This document shows positions 8,363-10,148 of a DNA stretch of 10,148 nt, in pieces. A model generated the notes under the pieces. The model did no database searches. It was not told where the DNA came from and saw only the letters and a list, made by a program, of their open reading frames with translations. Source of the stretch: Bugula neritina (Eukaryota; Animalia; Bryozoa); contig CAXIUT010000242.1 in the NCBI GenBank assembly GCA_964035545.1, positions 1-10,148 on the forward strand, given 5' to 3'. How positions within the stretch are numbered: position 1 is the first letter of the stretch; each line of letters opens with the position of its first letter. The position numbers and the translations under genes are program-made.

Positions 8363-10045
8363 CTTTCTTTTAGTTTATTCTTTATTTATTTAATTAAATA
8401 TTGTCTACTACTATGTATTTTATTCAATGTTTTATATTTTGATATTGTTTTCTCTTTAAAATTTATTTTTTTAAAGCAAATACTTTTTTTATGGTTTTCT
8501 TTTGATTTTTGTATTTTTGTTTATATTTTCATTTCCTATCTATGATTATCTTTCTTATATCTCTAAATATGAAGTATCTATTTTTTATATTTCTTCATTT
8601 TATGCTGCTTAATACATCTATTTTCTTTATTTGATGTTTTTTATTTTATCTTTAGATATTGTTTTATTTTGAGATTTATTGACATTTTTATGAAGTACTT
8701 TCTCTGATTTTTTTCTCATTTTAAGTCCCATTTGGTTATCAAATATCATTTACTGCAGAAAATTTTTATCAAGAAACCATCTTTTATGAATATTATCAAA
8801 AAAATTACAATCACACATTATCAATATCATAGTAATATGACTACAAGGAAATCCAGCTCTTTCTTCATATTCACAAGTACAATACCACTTATATGGCTGA
8901 GATAACTTCAAATCCTTCTTAATGTATCTTTTATACACTATAAAGTGTTCACTGTCTTTTCCTTGAACAAAAAAGGGATCACCTGATTAATATATTTTGG
9001 TCAATTCTTTAGAATTCCTAAAATTAAAAAAATTAACCTTTTTTAATTATTATTTTTTGATGATTCTTAAATTGATGGCTTTGCTGATTTATTTATTGAA
9101 GGCCATAAAAGCTTTTTCTGATAGAGATTATTTATAGTGTTTGATGAAGCCAGTATTAAATGTTTTTTAATAAGGTAGTTTATATAAAACTGGTTTAGTA
9201 CTGAATTAGATTCTTCTTTAGATAAGATCGAGGATAATTTGAACAGCTTTGATATATTTGGTTGCTTGTGGTATATCATTTTTCATTACTGAGTGAAAAT
9301 ACTAATTTACATTATTTGATATGCCTGTTCCAATAAATTTTGATTTTATTTGCGAGTAGCAGTATCTATCACTGTTAAGATCAAAATTTCTAATTAGATC
9401 TAGCTATTTTTCGTTAACTATTGATCTTTTTAATTTGTTAAATATTTTTCTGTATTGGGATCTATCGCGGGTGTGAATTAGCTCTCGGATTAGTTGGAAA
9501 GTTTATCTATGATAGCTTGTTTTTCTGAATTTTCTGAGAATATGAAACATATCAAATAGATGTTGACCTGTGAATATACCTTATTGTTTTAGTGCTTTTA
9601 GAGCATAGCACATTGCTTTTTATTCATCAGTTATTATAATTTCAGGGCATGATCCTACAAATTTAAAAAACTGTCTGAAAACATACTAATAAGCATAGAC
9701 AGATTGAGTGTTCATGACAACTAATCCAAAAATAACAATCTTTTTTATATTATTACTACCAGCAAAGACTCCCATCATGTACTATGAATTATTCTTTGTT
9801 CTTTCTCGAACAATGCTGAAAGTGAGATCGAAACCTACCCATTGACCGAATTTATTATATTGTTATATCATTTATGGAGTTACTATTAAAAGAATATTTG
9901 GTAGATGAGGGTTGATGATGTCACTATGGTGTTCAGGACGTGACTATTTTTAAATTTATAGATGATTAGTTCTGGTTAGAAGGTCTTATGGAAGATATGA
10001 GTATTTATATTTATTTTATTATAATTTTTAAGTGAGTTATTCAAA
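8363..10045 (-). mobile_element. Mutator/MULE-family DDE transposase with SWIM zinc finger; fragment truncated at both ends (561 codons)
   Basis: Continuous TGA-free frame. FGQWVGFDLTF (D1, 9829-9827), PEIIITDEEKAM (D2, 9628-9626), HLFDMFHI (C/DxxH), FIGTGISNNVNEYFHSVMK (E, TAG at 9304-9302), WYCTCEYEERAGFPCSHI (SWIM), IHKRW, then a K/E/N-rich tail. No stop codon and no TIRs. Confidence 0.9.
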
Positions 10046-10148
10046 GGGGTTGGGGTTGGGGTTGGGGTTGGGGTTGGGGTTGGGGTTGGGGGTTGGGGTT
10101 GGGGTTGGGGTTGGGGTTGGGGTTGGGGGGGTTGGGGTTGGGGTTGGG
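10046..10148 (+). repeat. Terminal telomere, (GGGGTT)n
   Basis: Tandem GGGGTT to the end of the window, with one 7-G run at 10125-10131. Confidence 0.98.

Noticed and set aside
8297-8545. ORF-track protein with a (GL)n repeat and hydrophobic tail
   Set aside because: It is the translation of the telomere array plus the antisense strand of the Lys/Glu-rich transposase tail.
8359-10049. Intact transposon inserted into a telomere with a GGGG target-site duplication
   Set aside because: There are no terminal inverted repeats, both ends cut through the ORF, the GGGG is just telomere sequence, and MULE TSDs are typically about 9 bp.
10125-10131. Variant telomere units (7-G run here, CCCAA near 85-89)
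   Set aside because: Isolated homopolymer-length changes are best explained as long-read error.
1-10148. CRISPR array, tRNA, rRNA or prokaryotic defence system
   Set aside because: The repeats are spacer-less telomeric hexamers, nearly all remaining sequence is eukaryotic CDS, and no structured RNA gene was recognisable.

Overview
AT-rich eukaryotic DNA from a ciliate macronucleus. The supplied standard-code ORF track is mostly misleading because TAA and TAG both read as Glu (peritrich-type code, NCBI table 30) and TGA is the only stop. Positions 1-8362 form a complete telomere-to-telomere minichromosome: (CCCCAA)n, five tightly packed genes, then (GGGGTT)n. The genes are an orphan, a coiled-coil protein, DIS3/RRP44 with an apparently degenerate PIN active site, a kynurenine/class I aminotransferase and a second orphan. 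The three well-supported introns are all exactly 20 nt and the intergenic gaps are 21-62 bp. A second segment (8363-10045) is joined directly to the right telomere. It is one uninterrupted 561-codon fragment of a Mutator/MULE DDE-SWIM transposase with no native start, no stop and no TIRs, and it is capped by another (GGGGTT)n array added inside the reading frame. Homopolymer-type indels suggest a single long read, so the 8362/8363 junction could be a library chimera. All translations and alignments were done by eye from recalled family motifs; no searches were run.
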